This document shows, piece after piece, positions 1 through 10,042 of a stretch of DNA of 64,000 nt. Every line of letters starts with the position of its first letter. Position 1 is the first letter of the stretch. The notes below the pieces were generated by a model that ran no database searches, was not told the origin of the DNA, and worked only from the letters and a program-made list of their open reading frames with translations. The stretch comes from a virus, in IMG/VR virus record IMGVR_UViG_3300036831_000148, positions 1-64,000 of that record. One strand, written 5' to 3'. Made by a program: the position numbers and the translations under genes.

Positions 1-88
1 CCTACACCGAGTTCATCCTGCCGCCCGGCCAGGTGGTGGAGGCCGACATCGAGCCGTAAGCTGGCAGTGCCTCGTCTTGGGGACGAAG

Positions 89-129
89 AGAGCCCGCGCC
101 TCCTAGGAGGCGCGGGCTCTTTTATTTTT
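89..129 (+). terminator. Intrinsic terminator after a + strand gene ending at 59
   Basis: 32-bp perfect palindrome AGAGCCCGCGCCTCCT/AGGAGGCGCGGGCTCT (89-120) followed by TTTATTTTT. Confidence 0.8.
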
Positions 130-383
130 CCCCGGGACGGGTTACAACTTGAGAGGGACACGTCACCCTCCGAGAGCCCCGTGCTAGGCAGAGCGCGGGG
201 CTCTGCCCTTCCGGGGCCAGGTGACCTCCTGCTCTGGCTCGCAAGGGGCACCGCCCTGCCACCGGCGGCGGCACGCCGTCACCCGCAGCGGGCTGCGGCG
301 GAACAACAGCTTGTACGTCGCCCGCAGGCCCTCGTTCCGGTAGACCCTCAGCTCCAGCGTGTGCCAGGCCGCCGGGTGGCCCG

Positions 384-986
384 TCAGCACTCCGGCGAGT
401 CGCGCGGCGGCCGCGGGTCGATGAACGAGACCGCGGTGACGTAACGGGCCATCACCGAGTCGGAGCCCGGCCGCAGCACCAGGAACGCGGCGGTGAAGGC
501 GGCCGCCCCGGCGGTGCCGGCGGCCAGCCCGAAGAAGTGCGCGAGCACCACCTCGGCGCAGGCCGAGTACACCGCCCGGATCACCAGCCCGCGCCAGAAC
601 AAGAAGCTGCGCGGGCCCTGCCGCCACCAGGGCGCGGGCACCTCGCGGGCGCGCAGCCGGTCCAGGGCGGCGAGCTGGCGCTCGCCCTCCGCCAAGTGCC
701 CCGCCTCGGACCTGCGCTTCGCGCGGGCGCGCAGGTACCCGCCCCAGGTGAAGTACGCCTCCGCCGCGATGAAGACGGCGAGCAGGTCCGATGTCCACCA
801 GGCTGTCAGCGGCAGCGCCATCACCCCGAACACGTACTCGGCCGCCACCAGGGACATCAGCGTCGCGGCCACCGCGAGCACCCCCGCAGTCCGGAAGCGC
901 AGGATGCGCTTGAACGCGCGCACCGCCTCGTCCTCCGCGGTACCGTCCGGGTCGAATCCCCGGGGGTCGTCACTTGCAGCTGTCAT
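384..986 (-). CDS. Hypothetical membrane protein
   Basis: 200 aa with about four hydrophobic segments; GGAGG RBS upstream. Confidence 0.65.
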   Translation of the reverse strand: MTAASDDPRGFDPDGTAEDEAVRAFKRILRFRTAGVLAVAATLMSLVAAEYVFGVMALPLTAWWTSDLLAVFIAAEAYFTWGGYLRARAKRRSEAGHLAEGERQLAALDRLRAREVPAPWWRQGPRSFLFWRGLVIRAVYSACAEVVLAHFFGLAAGTAGAAAFTAAFLVLRPGSDSVMARYVTAVSFIDPRPPRDSPEC

Positions 987-1016
987 GCCCGGCCTCCGTA
1001 ATTTTCTTGGCTCACG

Positions 1017-1253
1017 TCAAGTATTACGCGCGGGGCCGTCCGGCCTGAACTCCTCTGCCGACACCGGGAAGTAAGCGGCGAGGCCCCACGGCACGGAACT
1101 CCAGTAGGTCATCGCCGCGGCGAGCGACGCGAACCGCATCGCCTCCTCCGGCGCCGGCGTCCAGTGAGCGTCTACCGACCCGACGTCCTTCAGGTACCAG
1201 CCGGGGTAGGGCGCCGACTGCGAAGCCCTTATGACGAAAGCCAAGAGAGTCAC
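1017..1253 (-). CDS. Hypothetical protein
   Basis: 78 aa; GGAG RBS; start overlaps the upstream stop (GTGA). Confidence 0.55.
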   Translation of the reverse strand: MTLLAFVIRASQSAPYPGWYLKDVGSVDAHWTPAPEEAMRFASLAAAMTYWSSVPWGLAAYFPVSAEEFRPDGPARNT

Positions 1254-1438
1254 CTCCGGACGCTGACGTTACCCCGGCCGGCCTTCTTCGGGACGTAGCC
1301 GGCCGCGTCGCTCTCCGCCTGGCGAGAGCGCTCGGCTTCCAGCCGTTCAAGTTCACGGGCAGTAGCTGCCGACGCGTTTAGCTCAGGGCTGGAGGTGAGC
1401 TCGCCCGGCGGCCGGCAGGGCCTGCGGCTCCTCTTCAC
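1250..1438 (-). CDS. Hypothetical small protein
   Basis: 62-aa ORF translationally coupled to the next gene. Confidence 0.35.
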   Translation of the reverse strand: MKRSRRPCRPPGELTSSPELNASAATARELERLEAERSRQAESDAAGYVPKKAGRGNVSVRR

Positions 1439-1826
1439 GCAAACTGATACGCGCGGCGGCCCCCCTGCCCCTCGCGCGCGTAATTGTTATGCCGGGGCAT
1501 GGCTCGCCCCCTACCCCCGGATTCGAAAAAAAGATCCGGGAGCGGTGGCCCGTGCCCCGGCGAGCTAGCGCCGTCCGCATGGGGAGAGGTGCCCCAAGCC
1601 TTCTCCACCTGTAACGATGCCGAACGACCGACGGCCTGCCCGTCCAAAAAGCGAAAAGCGGCTGTGTCAATGTTCAGCGAAACTGTTACTGGTCTCAAGG
1701 CGGAGCATAGCAAAGGCCCCCGGGTTGAGACCAGTAACAGTTGCTTGAACGACACAACCGCACTGACCCGGGGGCCTTCAGCCAAGAATAGGTGATGGCG
1801 GTGACAGCCGGCAACCGCAATCACCG

Positions 1827-2456
1827 CTACAGGAGCGTCACCTGCGTGCGGAACACCCACGCCACCCCCGGTTCCTTCACCCCGTACCCGCCGGGCGCGG
1901 CCTTGCGGTTGAGCATCACCGGGACCAGCCCGCCGTAGGCCCCGCGCAGCGAGTGGTGCGCCATCGGCCCCGGTGCCCCGGTGCCCCAGCACCACTCCCG
2001 CCAGTCAAAGCAGGCCTCGGCCTCGCTGAAGGTGGCCTGCCCCTCTACCATCCCCGGGGCTACCCGCGGGTAGCTGGCATCCATCGGCCGGTAGAAGCTG
2101 GTGCCCGGTTCCTCGCCAGTGGCATTTGCCAGGTGCACGTGCCCGCTGTCGAACCCGGCCGGGTCGGTGCCCACCCCGAACACCATGCGGCCCTCCGCCA
2201 GCGGGTGCCCGCCGGTGCTGGTGAGCAGCGCCACCAGGTTGGCGCGCCCGGCGTCGGTCACCTTGTTGCCCTCGTCGCGGACGGTACCGCACTCCGGCCC
2301 GGAGCCGATGAACAGCCCGCGCAGGGCGTCGCCGCTGAGGTAGCCGCTGAAGTAGCGGCGGGCGAAGCTCACCTGGTCGGGGCTGTACTTCTCGATCAGG
2401 CAGACCGGGTGCCAGTTAAAGCCGTCGCGGCGGCCAGGAGGCGGAAAGGCGTTCAC
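1827..2456 (-). CDS. Minor tail/structural protein, paralog of 10043..10696
   Basis: Shares motifs with 10043..10696 (GVGT...Y...ATF....A.FxWxE...NR...G.K..G..W); GTG start lies 8 nt after the CGATA motif. Confidence 0.6.
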   Translation of the reverse strand: MNAFPPPGRRDGFNWHPVCLIEKYSPDQVSFARRYFSGYLSGDALRGLFIGSGPECGTVRDEGNKVTDAGRANLVALLTSTGGHPLAEGRMVFGVGTDPAGFDSGHVHLANATGEEPGTSFYRPMDASYPRVAPGMVEGQATFSEAEACFDWREWCWGTGAPGPMAHHSLRGAYGGLVPVMLNRKAAPGGYGVKEPGVAWVFRTQVTLL

Positions 2457-2637
2457 GCCCGGCTTATCGTCGCCCGGCCCGGGTCCCGGGGCCGGCTTGC
2501 GTTCGGGCAAGCAACTGCCGGCCACCCAGCCTGGTGTTAAGCTCCGCCTTGTGCCCGGGCGGGGAAGTGCCCGGTCGCGACGCACGCACAGGGCCCCGGG
2601 CGGTGCTGGCTGCTGTCCCGGGGCAGGGAGGGACACC

Positions 2638-3306
2638 ATGACTAGCACAGCCCTGCTCGGCGCGCCCCGGTTCACCGGCGAGAGCGCGCGGCGGGCGCAG
2701 TTCGCGGCCCAGATGCTGGGCGGCTACCGGGTCGCGGACGTGGAGGCATTCCGCACCGCCGCGGCTACCGCGCTTGACCAGTTGGCCCGGGAGCTGGCGC
2801 AGCACGCTGACGCCAACGCCGAGCTCGTCCGGGAGGTGCAGCGGCTAGGCGCGCCGCGGCGGCCTACCCCCGGCCAGGGCATGCCCGCGGCGCCACCGCG
2901 CCAGGACATCGCCCGCTCGGCGGCGGGCATCCTGGCCAACGCCCAGGCCACGGCGGACGACGCGGTAGGGCGCGCCCGCGCGGAGGCTGAGCGCATCATG
3001 GCTGCCGCGCGGCACGACGCGGGCCAGTTGACGGAGCACGCGCGGGCGCAGGCGGGGGAGCTGCTGGACCGCGCCCGGTCCGATGCCGAGGAGCACACCA
3101 GGCAGGCCGCCGAGGAGACCGCCGCCGAGCGGGCCAAGATCATCGCCGAGGCCTCCGGCGAGGCCGAGCGCCGGGTGGACTTCCTGACCTCGCTCGCGAA
3201 AGTGATGCAGGCCGGCCTGGAGGGCAGCGTGGAGGCCCTGCTGAAAAGGCTCGGCGAGTGGGAGCAGCAGGCGCGCGACGGGCACATGGCCCCGGTCACG
3301 GGGTAA
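2638..3306 (+). CDS. DivIVA/Wag31-like coiled-coil protein
   Basis: N-terminus FTGESARRAQF...GGYRVADVEAF resembles the DivIVA motif (F...GY...EVDAF); AAGILANAQATAD...ARAEAERI coiled coil; GGGAGGGA RBS. Confidence 0.7.
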   Translation: MTSTALLGAPRFTGESARRAQFAAQMLGGYRVADVEAFRTAAATALDQLARELAQHADANAELVREVQRLGAPRRPTPGQGMPAAPPRQDIARSAAGILANAQATADDAVGRARAEAERIMAAARHDAGQLTEHARAQAGELLDRARSDAEEHTRQAAEETAAERAKIIAEASGEAERRVDFLTSLAKVMQAGLEGSVEALLKRLGEWEQQARDGHMAPVTG

Positions 3307-3511
3307 CGGCCTGGGAGGCTTCCCCCCTTACCAGGGACTGGGCCCGCTCGCGCTCCTGCGACTCTGCCAGCGCGACCTCAAGCATCACGACCTTGGTGAT
3401 TTCCTCCGCCAGCCGCAGCTTGAGCCCGGCGATTACCCGGCCCACGTCAACGCGCAGGTCAGGGGACATTGCAGGGGCGGCAACAGGGGCGGGCGGGCCG
3501 GGCGTAGTCAT
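3296..3511 (-). CDS. Small coiled-coil protein downstream of the tail fibre gene
   Basis: ORF following the fibre gene; CGATC motif upstream. Confidence 0.5.
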   Translation of the reverse strand: MTTPGPPAPVAAPAMSPDLRVDVGRVIAGLKLRLAEEITKVVMLEVALAESQERERAQSLVRGEASQAVTP

Positions 3512-3531
3512 GCCCGGCATGATCGGCCCGG

Positions 3532-6500
3532 CTAGTCCATCGGGATGAGCACGTGGAAGAAGACCTCGATGTTAGACAGTTGGAGGCCCACTACCGTGAT
3601 GTTCCCGGCGACGTCCACGAACAGCCACGGCGCGTTAGGCGCCGGGTTGGAGAACTGGCCCCAGCTCGCGGGCCGGTTGTGGTCCTGCGACGGGATGTAG
3701 CCGGACCCTAGCACCGCGCAGGTGCTGGTGCCGGTGGCCGAGGCGTTGATGATGTCCGCCTCGATCTCGATCCACCCGGCGCCCATGGGCAGCAGCCGGT
3801 ACCGCAGCGTGTTGATGCCGAACCCGCCGCCGCCCCAGCCGTTGATCAGCGTCGGGAACTGCCAGACTTCCGCCACCGCCGGGTTCGAGTTGGACGTGCC
3901 GGTGCCGGGGTGCACCCCGTCGATCCGGCTGGCTGCCTGCGTGGTGCCGTAGCAGCCGACGGTGAGCATGTTCCACGCCAGGTTGCTGGTGTCGATGTAG
4001 CGGTGGTCGGCGTGCGCCGGGGTGGACCCGCCCCCCTGGAACGAGTAGTAGATCGTCTGCACTGAGTCCGTGAAGCCCGTCGCCGCCAGGGCCGGGCCTG
4101 AGACGTCCAGTTGCCCGGTGCTGCTGGGGCTGGACGCGGCGATGTTGGGCGGGCTGAGGAAGAAGCTGAGCGGGAAGATCGGGAACTGCAGCTCGGCCGC
4201 GCTGCCGGGCCCGCCGGCCGACGGCACCAGGGCGATCTGCGGGCTGCCGGTGACGCCGACGGTCAGGCCCTTGGGTACCGTGTTGCCGAACGCGTCGGTG
4301 GTCGCGGCGGCAGATACCGTCATGATGAGGTTTCCGCTGCCCGGGGTGCCCGAGTACGTCAGGAACTCGCCGGCGGTTCCGGTGGCGACGAACGTCGCGC
4401 CGGTAATGGTGGTGGCGTTGACGATGCCGGCGACCACGATGCCGGCGGCCAGCTTCGCGGCGGTGATGGTGTTGGCGGCGATCTGGGTGGCGGTGATGGT
4501 CGCGGCCGCAATCTGCGCCGCGGTGATGGTGTTGGCGGCGATCTGGGAGGCCGTGATCGTATTGGCGGCGATCTGGCCTGCAGTGATGGTGTTAGCGGCG
4601 ATCTGGTTGGCCGCCACCGAGCCCGCCGCCAGCAACTGCCCGGGAACCTGCCCGGCCGCGACCGCGCCGGTGACGTAGACGGTCACCCCGGAGGCGACCG
4701 GGCCGACCACCTGGTCCGCAGTGGTCACGCCGCCCGGGCAGGTTCCCACCACGGTCACCGGAGTCCAGGCGGTGGGCGCGCAGGAGACGGTGGACGTGCC
4801 GCCGCTCCAGTTGAACCCGGCCGCCACCGTCACCGCCGAGCCGGACGGGTTGTAGACCCAGGCGGTCATCGCGTACGGCTCGCCCGGGGTGACCTGGAAC
4901 GGGGCAGGCGAGCCGGTCATCAGGCAGTTGGCCGCAGTGGAGGTGAGAACTGCGGCGTACTGCGGGTGCCCCGGCGCCCCGGCCGGGGGCGACGCCGTGG
5001 CGGACAGCGTGCCGTTGACCACCGCCCAGCCGGTGAGGTCGCCGCCGTTGAAGAACGGGTTCGGGTTGAGCGCGGTGGCGCCGGCGCTGGCGCCCAGCAG
5101 GCTGGCCGGGAGCTGCCCGGTCAGGTCGGTGGTGGGCAGCCCGGCCACCGCCACGCTGACGGCCGTGGTGGGGGGCGACGCGACGCCGGCGGTGGTCAGC
5201 GCCACCAGCTTCACGTAGTAGGTGGCGCTCACCGTCAGGCCGCTGATCGACAGCGTGCCCGCCGTCGCCAGCGTTCCCACCAGCGTGGCGACAGACGGCG
5301 TGAAGCCGGCGGAGGTGCCGACGTGCACCTGCACGTACTGGAAGTTGGCCAGCGGGGCCACCCCGCCGAGCAGGCCGTCCCAGGTCACCTGCAGGCCCTG
5401 CACGATGCCGATGGCCGCGGGCACGTCCGGGGTGGCGGGCGCCCCGCCGCCACTGTCCACCGTGGTCACCGTGCCGTCGCCCTGCAGGCCGATGACCGTG
5501 GTCCCGTTGCCGGTGTTCACCACCACGGAGGTGTCGCTGACCGAGGTGGACCCGGTAGGGGTCTGCACGGTGACCGGGACCATCGTGCCGGTGACCGGGT
5601 CGGTGCTGCCCGCGTGCTGGTACTGGCCGGTCCCCGGGTTGTAGACGAGCGGCGCGTTCGCCATGGTGGACCCGGCCGAGCCGCCGGCCACGTCGGCCAG
5701 GCTGTTCAGCGTGGCTGCCGGGGAGAAGTACGTGGGCACCTGGCCGGTGCCGTACTTGGAGGGCGCCACCGGGCTGGTGCCCAGCGCGTTGACGAACTTG
5801 CCGCCCAGCTTGTCGGCGATGTACTGGAGCTGCTCGGCCAGCCACTGGATGTAGGACAGGAACGTGAGCTCGTGCGTCTCGGCGCCGGTGGCGTCCACCT
5901 GCACCGCGATGCCGACGACGCGCACCGTGTCCACACCGGAGAAGTCCGGCCGCTCCAGCCCCACCCAGTCGCCGACATCGAAGTTATCGAAGACCGTCTT
6001 GCCGGGCAGGTTGGGTACCAGGGTGAACGTCCACGACACGATCTCGGTCTCGTTCTGCCCCAGCGCCGCGGCGCTGGCGTACGCCATGGACACCGGGTCA
6101 ACCTGCGCCGAGGCCTGGAACCAGGTTTCCCGCTGCCCCCACTCGGCAGCGAACGACGGGCTGAACGCGGAGATCTCGTGCCCGTCGGCGTTCTCCCCGC
6201 CGAGCAGGGTGGTGATCTGGTCCCGGGCCCGGACCCGCTGCCGGCTCATGACGTCCACGCCGTCGCGGAAGACGAGGTAACCCGAGCGGTCCACGCCGAT
6301 GCCGACCTCGCCGGGCGACGGCTGGCCGACCCGGAGCTGGAAGCCGGGGTCCATCACGTAGTCCGCGTTTACCACCGCCGCGGCGCTCTGCAGGAACGAG
6401 TACAGGTCGGTGCCGTTGGTGGCCTGCACGTTCTGGATGTCCGACCAGGGCCGGCCGTAGCTGTCGGCCGCCTCGGTCACGTTGGAGGTGACGAACGGGA

Positions 6501-8475
6501 TGGTGCCCCGGTCCTGGGCAGCGGTGAACTGGTCGTACCACACGCCCATCAGCGACTCGCCCAGGTAGATGGCCCCCTGGTAGCTGGGCGTGGTGACGTT
6601 CGAGTTCAGGTTGGTGATCTGCGCGAACTGGGTGGTGCTGTCCGGGCTGAAGTAGGCCGCCTCGAACACCAGCCGGGTGTTGGTGGCGTCCCACGGGTGC
6701 ACGCGCTGCCACTGCAGCGTCCAGGCCTGCCCGTCAGGGCTGGTCCACCAGTAGAACGTGCCCGGCCCGCCGCCCGAGCCTGCCTGCTCGGTGATCATCC
6801 AGTAAGCGTGCTGCTGGCTGTCGTAAGCGGGGAAGAACGTGGTGAACTGCCCGTCCGGCCCGCTGTACTGGCCGTAGAACGAGGTGCCGTCGATGGCGAT
6901 CATCACGTAGTAGCGCGAGCCGGCCGGGGCGGTGTTGGAGATCACGTACATCTGGGTGATCTGCGACCCGTCCAGCCCGGTGCCGAACGGCTGCGGGTTC
7001 CCCGAGTCGGTGGCCGTGGAGGCGGCGCCCACCGGGGTCATCTGCACCGACACCAGCGTGTCGGTGAAGTCCCAGGCCGTTGACTCAAGGAACGCCCCGC
7101 CGGTGGAGGCGATCATGGTCAGCGAGCCGGACGGCATCAGCGTGCCCAGGGCGTACCCGACGCCGCCCGGGTAGCTGTACAGGTTGGCGATCGGCGTGAT
7201 GTAGATCTGGTCAGCCGGGGAGACGGTGGTCCAGATGCTGGTGTCGATCACCGGGTTGCCGTTGACGTCTACCTCGTCAAAGCTGTCCAGCAGGCCGTCC
7301 ATCTTCAGGATGATGTCCGGGAAGCCCTGCGGCGCCACCATCGCCCACTTGAGGGTGGCGATGGTGCCCGGCCCGGTGACGGTCACTTGGCGCTGCTCAG
7401 ACGGGTCGGTTAGCTGCTCGGTGATGGTCTCGCCGAGGAAGTCAAACCGGCACACCCCGTCCTTCCAGACCTGCCACAGGCACTCCTCGTCCAGCAGGGT
7501 GGACGTGGGCAGCCCGCCGGGCAGCGTCACCTCCTCCCACCACGGGTCATCCTGGGACAGCGTCACCGTGCCCGAGCCGATGTCGTCCAGTTGGCGGACG
7601 AACTGCCAGTTCATCAGCATCGAGCCCGGGATGACGGCCAGCACCGTGACGTAGTCGGCCCCGGAGATGACCACGATCTCCCAGCTGTTCCCGAGCGCCG
7701 ACGGGGTGACCGAGCCGGCCCCGGACGGCCCGCCCTGGTACCCGGGCGGCAGGGTGTACCGCCCGCCGCCGCCCGGGAACGGGCTGACGAACGTGCCGCC
7801 GGCGCCCTTGACGATGGCCATCGAGTCGGTCGCGCCGGCGGCGTCTGCGGCCGGGGCGGTGATGGGCACCGGGAACGACATCGCCTCCCGTGCGCCCGCG
7901 ACGTCGGCCGAGGGGGCGGCGGCGTGGACGGAGATGGCGTCCGTTGCGCCCGCGGTGTCCGGGACAGCCGGGGCCGATGTCACCGTCAGCTTGTCGGTCA
8001 CGCCCGCGATGTCGGCCGAGGGGGCGGTGACGGTGATGGCCATGTCCTCGCGGGCACCTGCGATGTCGGCCGAGGGGGCCACCGCCGTGATGGCCATCGT
8101 GTCGGTGGCCCCCGCGTTGTCGGGCGTGGCCGGGCCGACGGTGATGGCCATCGTGTCGGCCGCGCCCGCGGTGTCGGCGGAGGCGCTGGTGGCCGTGACG
8201 GCCATCGAGTCAACGGCGGCGGCCTTGTCGGTGGCCGGTGCCGCCACGCTTGACGTCAGGCTGTCCAGGGCCCCGGCGACGTCGGCCCCGGCGACGGCGA
8301 TGACGATCGAGTCAACGGCGCCCGCGACGTCGGCCTGCGGCGCGACGACGGCAACGGACTGCGCGTCGGCCGCCGCGCCCTCGTCGGCCTGGGACACCGG
8401 GACCGGGGCGAGGATGGTCACCGGCCGGACGAGTACGTACGCCTTAGCGGGCTGGCTGCGGCCTAGCCGGGACAC
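3532..8475 (-). CDS. Large minor tail protein (central tail spike/fibre; hub + Fn3 + carbohydrate-binding-like domains)
   Basis: 1647 aa; N-terminal ADxAGAxDxMAI repeats; hub-like GSGTVTL...CLWQVWKDG region; Fn3-like YYVKLVA; IAANTITA repeats; located in the tail module. Confidence 0.8.
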   Translation of the reverse strand: MSRLGRSQPAKAYVLVRPVTILAPVPVSQADEGAAADAQSVAVVAPQADVAGAVDSIVIAVAGADVAGALDSLTSSVAAPATDKAAAVDSMAVTATSASADTAGAADTMAITVGPATPDNAGATDTMAITAVAPSADIAGAREDMAITVTAPSADIAGVTDKLTVTSAPAVPDTAGATDAISVHAAAPSADVAGAREAMSFPVPITAPAADAAGATDSMAIVKGAGGTFVSPFPGGGGRYTLPPGYQGGPSGAGSVTPSALGNSWEIVVISGADYVTVLAVIPGSMLMNWQFVRQLDDIGSGTVTLSQDDPWWEEVTLPGGLPTSTLLDEECLWQVWKDGVCRFDFLGETITEQLTDPSEQRQVTVTGPGTIATLKWAMVAPQGFPDIILKMDGLLDSFDEVDVNGNPVIDTSIWTTVSPADQIYITPIANLYSYPGGVGYALGTLMPSGSLTMIASTGGAFLESTAWDFTDTLVSVQMTPVGAASTATDSGNPQPFGTGLDGSQITQMYVISNTAPAGSRYYVMIAIDGTSFYGQYSGPDGQFTTFFPAYDSQQHAYWMITEQAGSGGGPGTFYWWTSPDGQAWTLQWQRVHPWDATNTRLVFEAAYFSPDSTTQFAQITNLNSNVTTPSYQGAIYLGESLMGVWYDQFTAAQDRGTIPFVTSNVTEAADSYGRPWSDIQNVQATNGTDLYSFLQSAAAVVNADYVMDPGFQLRVGQPSPGEVGIGVDRSGYLVFRDGVDVMSRQRVRARDQITTLLGGENADGHEISAFSPSFAAEWGQRETWFQASAQVDPVSMAYASAAALGQNETEIVSWTFTLVPNLPGKTVFDNFDVGDWVGLERPDFSGVDTVRVVGIAVQVDATGAETHELTFLSYIQWLAEQLQYIADKLGGKFVNALGTSPVAPSKYGTGQVPTYFSPAATLNSLADVAGGSAGSTMANAPLVYNPGTGQYQHAGSTDPVTGTMVPVTVQTPTGSTSVSDTSVVVNTGNGTTVIGLQGDGTVTTVDSGGGAPATPDVPAAIGIVQGLQVTWDGLLGGVAPLANFQYVQVHVGTSAGFTPSVATLVGTLATAGTLSISGLTVSATYYVKLVALTTAGVASPPTTAVSVAVAGLPTTDLTGQLPASLLGASAGATALNPNPFFNGGDLTGWAVVNGTLSATASPPAGAPGHPQYAAVLTSTAANCLMTGSPAPFQVTPGEPYAMTAWVYNPSGSAVTVAAGFNWSGGTSTVSCAPTAWTPVTVVGTCPGGVTTADQVVGPVASGVTVYVTGAVAAGQVPGQLLAAGSVAANQIAANTITAGQIAANTITASQIAANTITAAQIAAATITATQIAANTITAAKLAAGIVVAGIVNATTITGATFVATGTAGEFLTYSGTPGSGNLIMTVSAAATTDAFGNTVPKGLTVGVTGSPQIALVPSAGGPGSAAELQFPIFPLSFFLSPPNIAASSPSSTGQLDVSGPALAATGFTDSVQTIYYSFQGGGSTPAHADHRYIDTSNLAWNMLTVGCYGTTQAASRIDGVHPGTGTSNSNPAVAEVWQFPTLINGWGGGGFGINTLRYRLLPMGAGWIEIEADIINASATGTSTCAVLGSGYIPSQDHNRPASWGQFSNPAPNAPWLFVDVAGNITVVGLQLSNIEVFFHVLIPMD

Positions 8476-8507
8476 TGCTCACCTCCTTCCGGCGCCTGCC
8501 GGGCCTG

Positions 8508-9008
8508 CTACTCCTGCCAGATGACGTACGTGTACGCGTTCACCGCCGCCGCCGCGGTCACCCGGACGCGCAGGAAGTGCGAGGCGGCGACATAGAACTC
8601 CCGCCCGAGCGGCCACTGCTTCACGTACTGGTTGGTCGGCGCGATGAGCTGCAGGTCGCCGTACCGGGTGGAGGTGACGCTGCCCTCGGTGGACGAGCCG
8701 GTGTTGAACCCGGTGGCGCTGGTGCCGCCGACGCACAGCGAGGCCAGTTGCGCGTCGGCGCTGTAAATCTCTGGGGTGAGCGCGGTAAGCGTGCTGGCGC
8801 CCACCGAGCCGGTGTCCACCAGCTCGCACTCGACCGGGGTCGCGGCGGCGGAGCCGTCAAAGCTGATGCCCCACTCCACCACGTGGATGTCCTGGTTGGA
8901 CGGGGTGGCGACCTGCATCAGCGTCTTGAGCGACGTGCCGGTGGTCATCTTCACCGGGGCTGCCGTGGTGGGGAAGGCCGCGTTCATGGCCATGTAGAGA
9001 CCGGACAC
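8508..9008 (-). CDS. Minor tail protein
   Basis: Beta-rich, T/S/A-rich protein in the tail module; GGAG RBS before GTG. Confidence 0.6.
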   Translation of the reverse strand: MSGLYMAMNAAFPTTAAPVKMTTGTSLKTLMQVATPSNQDIHVVEWGISFDGSAAATPVECELVDTGSVGASTLTALTPEIYSADAQLASLCVGGTSATGFNTGSSTEGSVTSTRYGDLQLIAPTNQYVKQWPLGREFYVAASHFLRVRVTAAAAVNAYTYVIWQE

Positions 9009-9016
9009 TGCGGCTC

Positions 9017-9280
9017 CTAAGCGGACGCGCCCCACACCAGCAGGTAAGCCGCGTCATTCGACAGCCCTGCCGGCATGGTGACGATGTTGGGTGAGGTGAC
9101 GGAGGCAGTCGCTGAGCCGTCCACGGTCGCGCCGAGCATGACGGCCTGCTTGACGAACGAGAACTCCGCGAGGGTCGCGGTGTCGCCGGAGCTGACGCCC
9201 TTGAGCGCGTAGAGCACGGCCTTGTCGGCGACCCCGTTCTGCCACTGCAACTGGATCTGGGAGCCGGTGAGAGCTGACAT
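9017..9280 (-). CDS. Small minor tail protein
   Basis: 87 aa; in the tail operon. Confidence 0.55.
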   Translation of the reverse strand: MSALTGSQIQLQWQNGVADKAVLYALKGVSSGDTATLAEFSFVKQAVMLGATVDGSATASVTSPNIVTMPAGLSNDAAYLLVWGASA

Positions 9281-9290
9281 CGGGCCTTCC

Positions 9291-10010
9291 TTAGTAGAGA
9301 CTTGACCGCTTGACTGCCTGGGGGACGAGCAGGGGCACGTCGGCTTCCGGGCCGGTCACGGCCGGCGAGTAGACCGCGATGGCGCCCGAGTAGGTGGCGC
9401 TGGTGGCGACCGACCAGGTGCAGGAGTCGGCCGAGGTGCCCGCTTTGATCTGGTCCGCGAACCCGTACACCTGGCCGGCGGTGCCGCTCGGCTGGGTGAG
9501 CTGCGAGGTGAAGTTCGCGTTGGTGACCGACGGGTTGTCGGCGGTGCCTGAGCTGTTGTCCTGGAAGGTGCCGATGAGCAGGCTGCCGCCTGCGGTGGGC
9601 GTGGCCGAGCCGGTGGCCGGGGCGGCGCTGGTGGCGGTGGCCCCGTTAGTCGCCGCCGGCCCGCCGGCCAGCTTGCCCAGGTAGCTGGCCGCGCCCGCCG
9701 AGTAGCCCGCGCCCGAGCCGCCCAGGGTGACGGTGAGCGTGTAAGACCCGCTGCCGGGCAGGCTGATGCCGTCAGCGCGGTAGATGTAGGAGACGTGGCT
9801 GGCGCTGCCGGTTTCCGACTTGTCAAGCGTGAACGTGGACTGGCTGGTGCCGTTGTCCTTGACGCTGGTCACGCCGCCGCTGAGGTTGACGCCGAGCGCT
9901 GCGATCACCGACGACCCGGCCACCGGCAGCGTCGGGAAGGTGATGGTGAAGGTGGTGCCCGCGCCGGTGCCCTTGGCGAGGGTGCTGAGCTGGTCTCGCG
10001 TGATCGCCAA
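9291..10010 (-). CDS. Minor tail protein
   Basis: G/S/T-rich beta protein; GGAGG RBS; TTG start. Confidence 0.6.
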   Translation of the reverse strand: MAITRDQLSTLAKGTGAGTTFTITFPTLPVAGSSVIAALGVNLSGGVTSVKDNGTSQSTFTLDKSETGSASHVSYIYRADGISLPGSGSYTLTVTLGGSGAGYSAGAASYLGKLAGGPAATNGATATSAAPATGSATPTAGGSLLIGTFQDNSSGTADNPSVTNANFTSQLTQPSGTAGQVYGFADQIKAGTSADSCTWSVATSATYSGAIAVYSPAVTGPEADVPLLVPQAVKRSSLY

Positions 10011-10042
10011 GGCAGCCTCCCGCCCGTGTCACGGCGGGCGGC

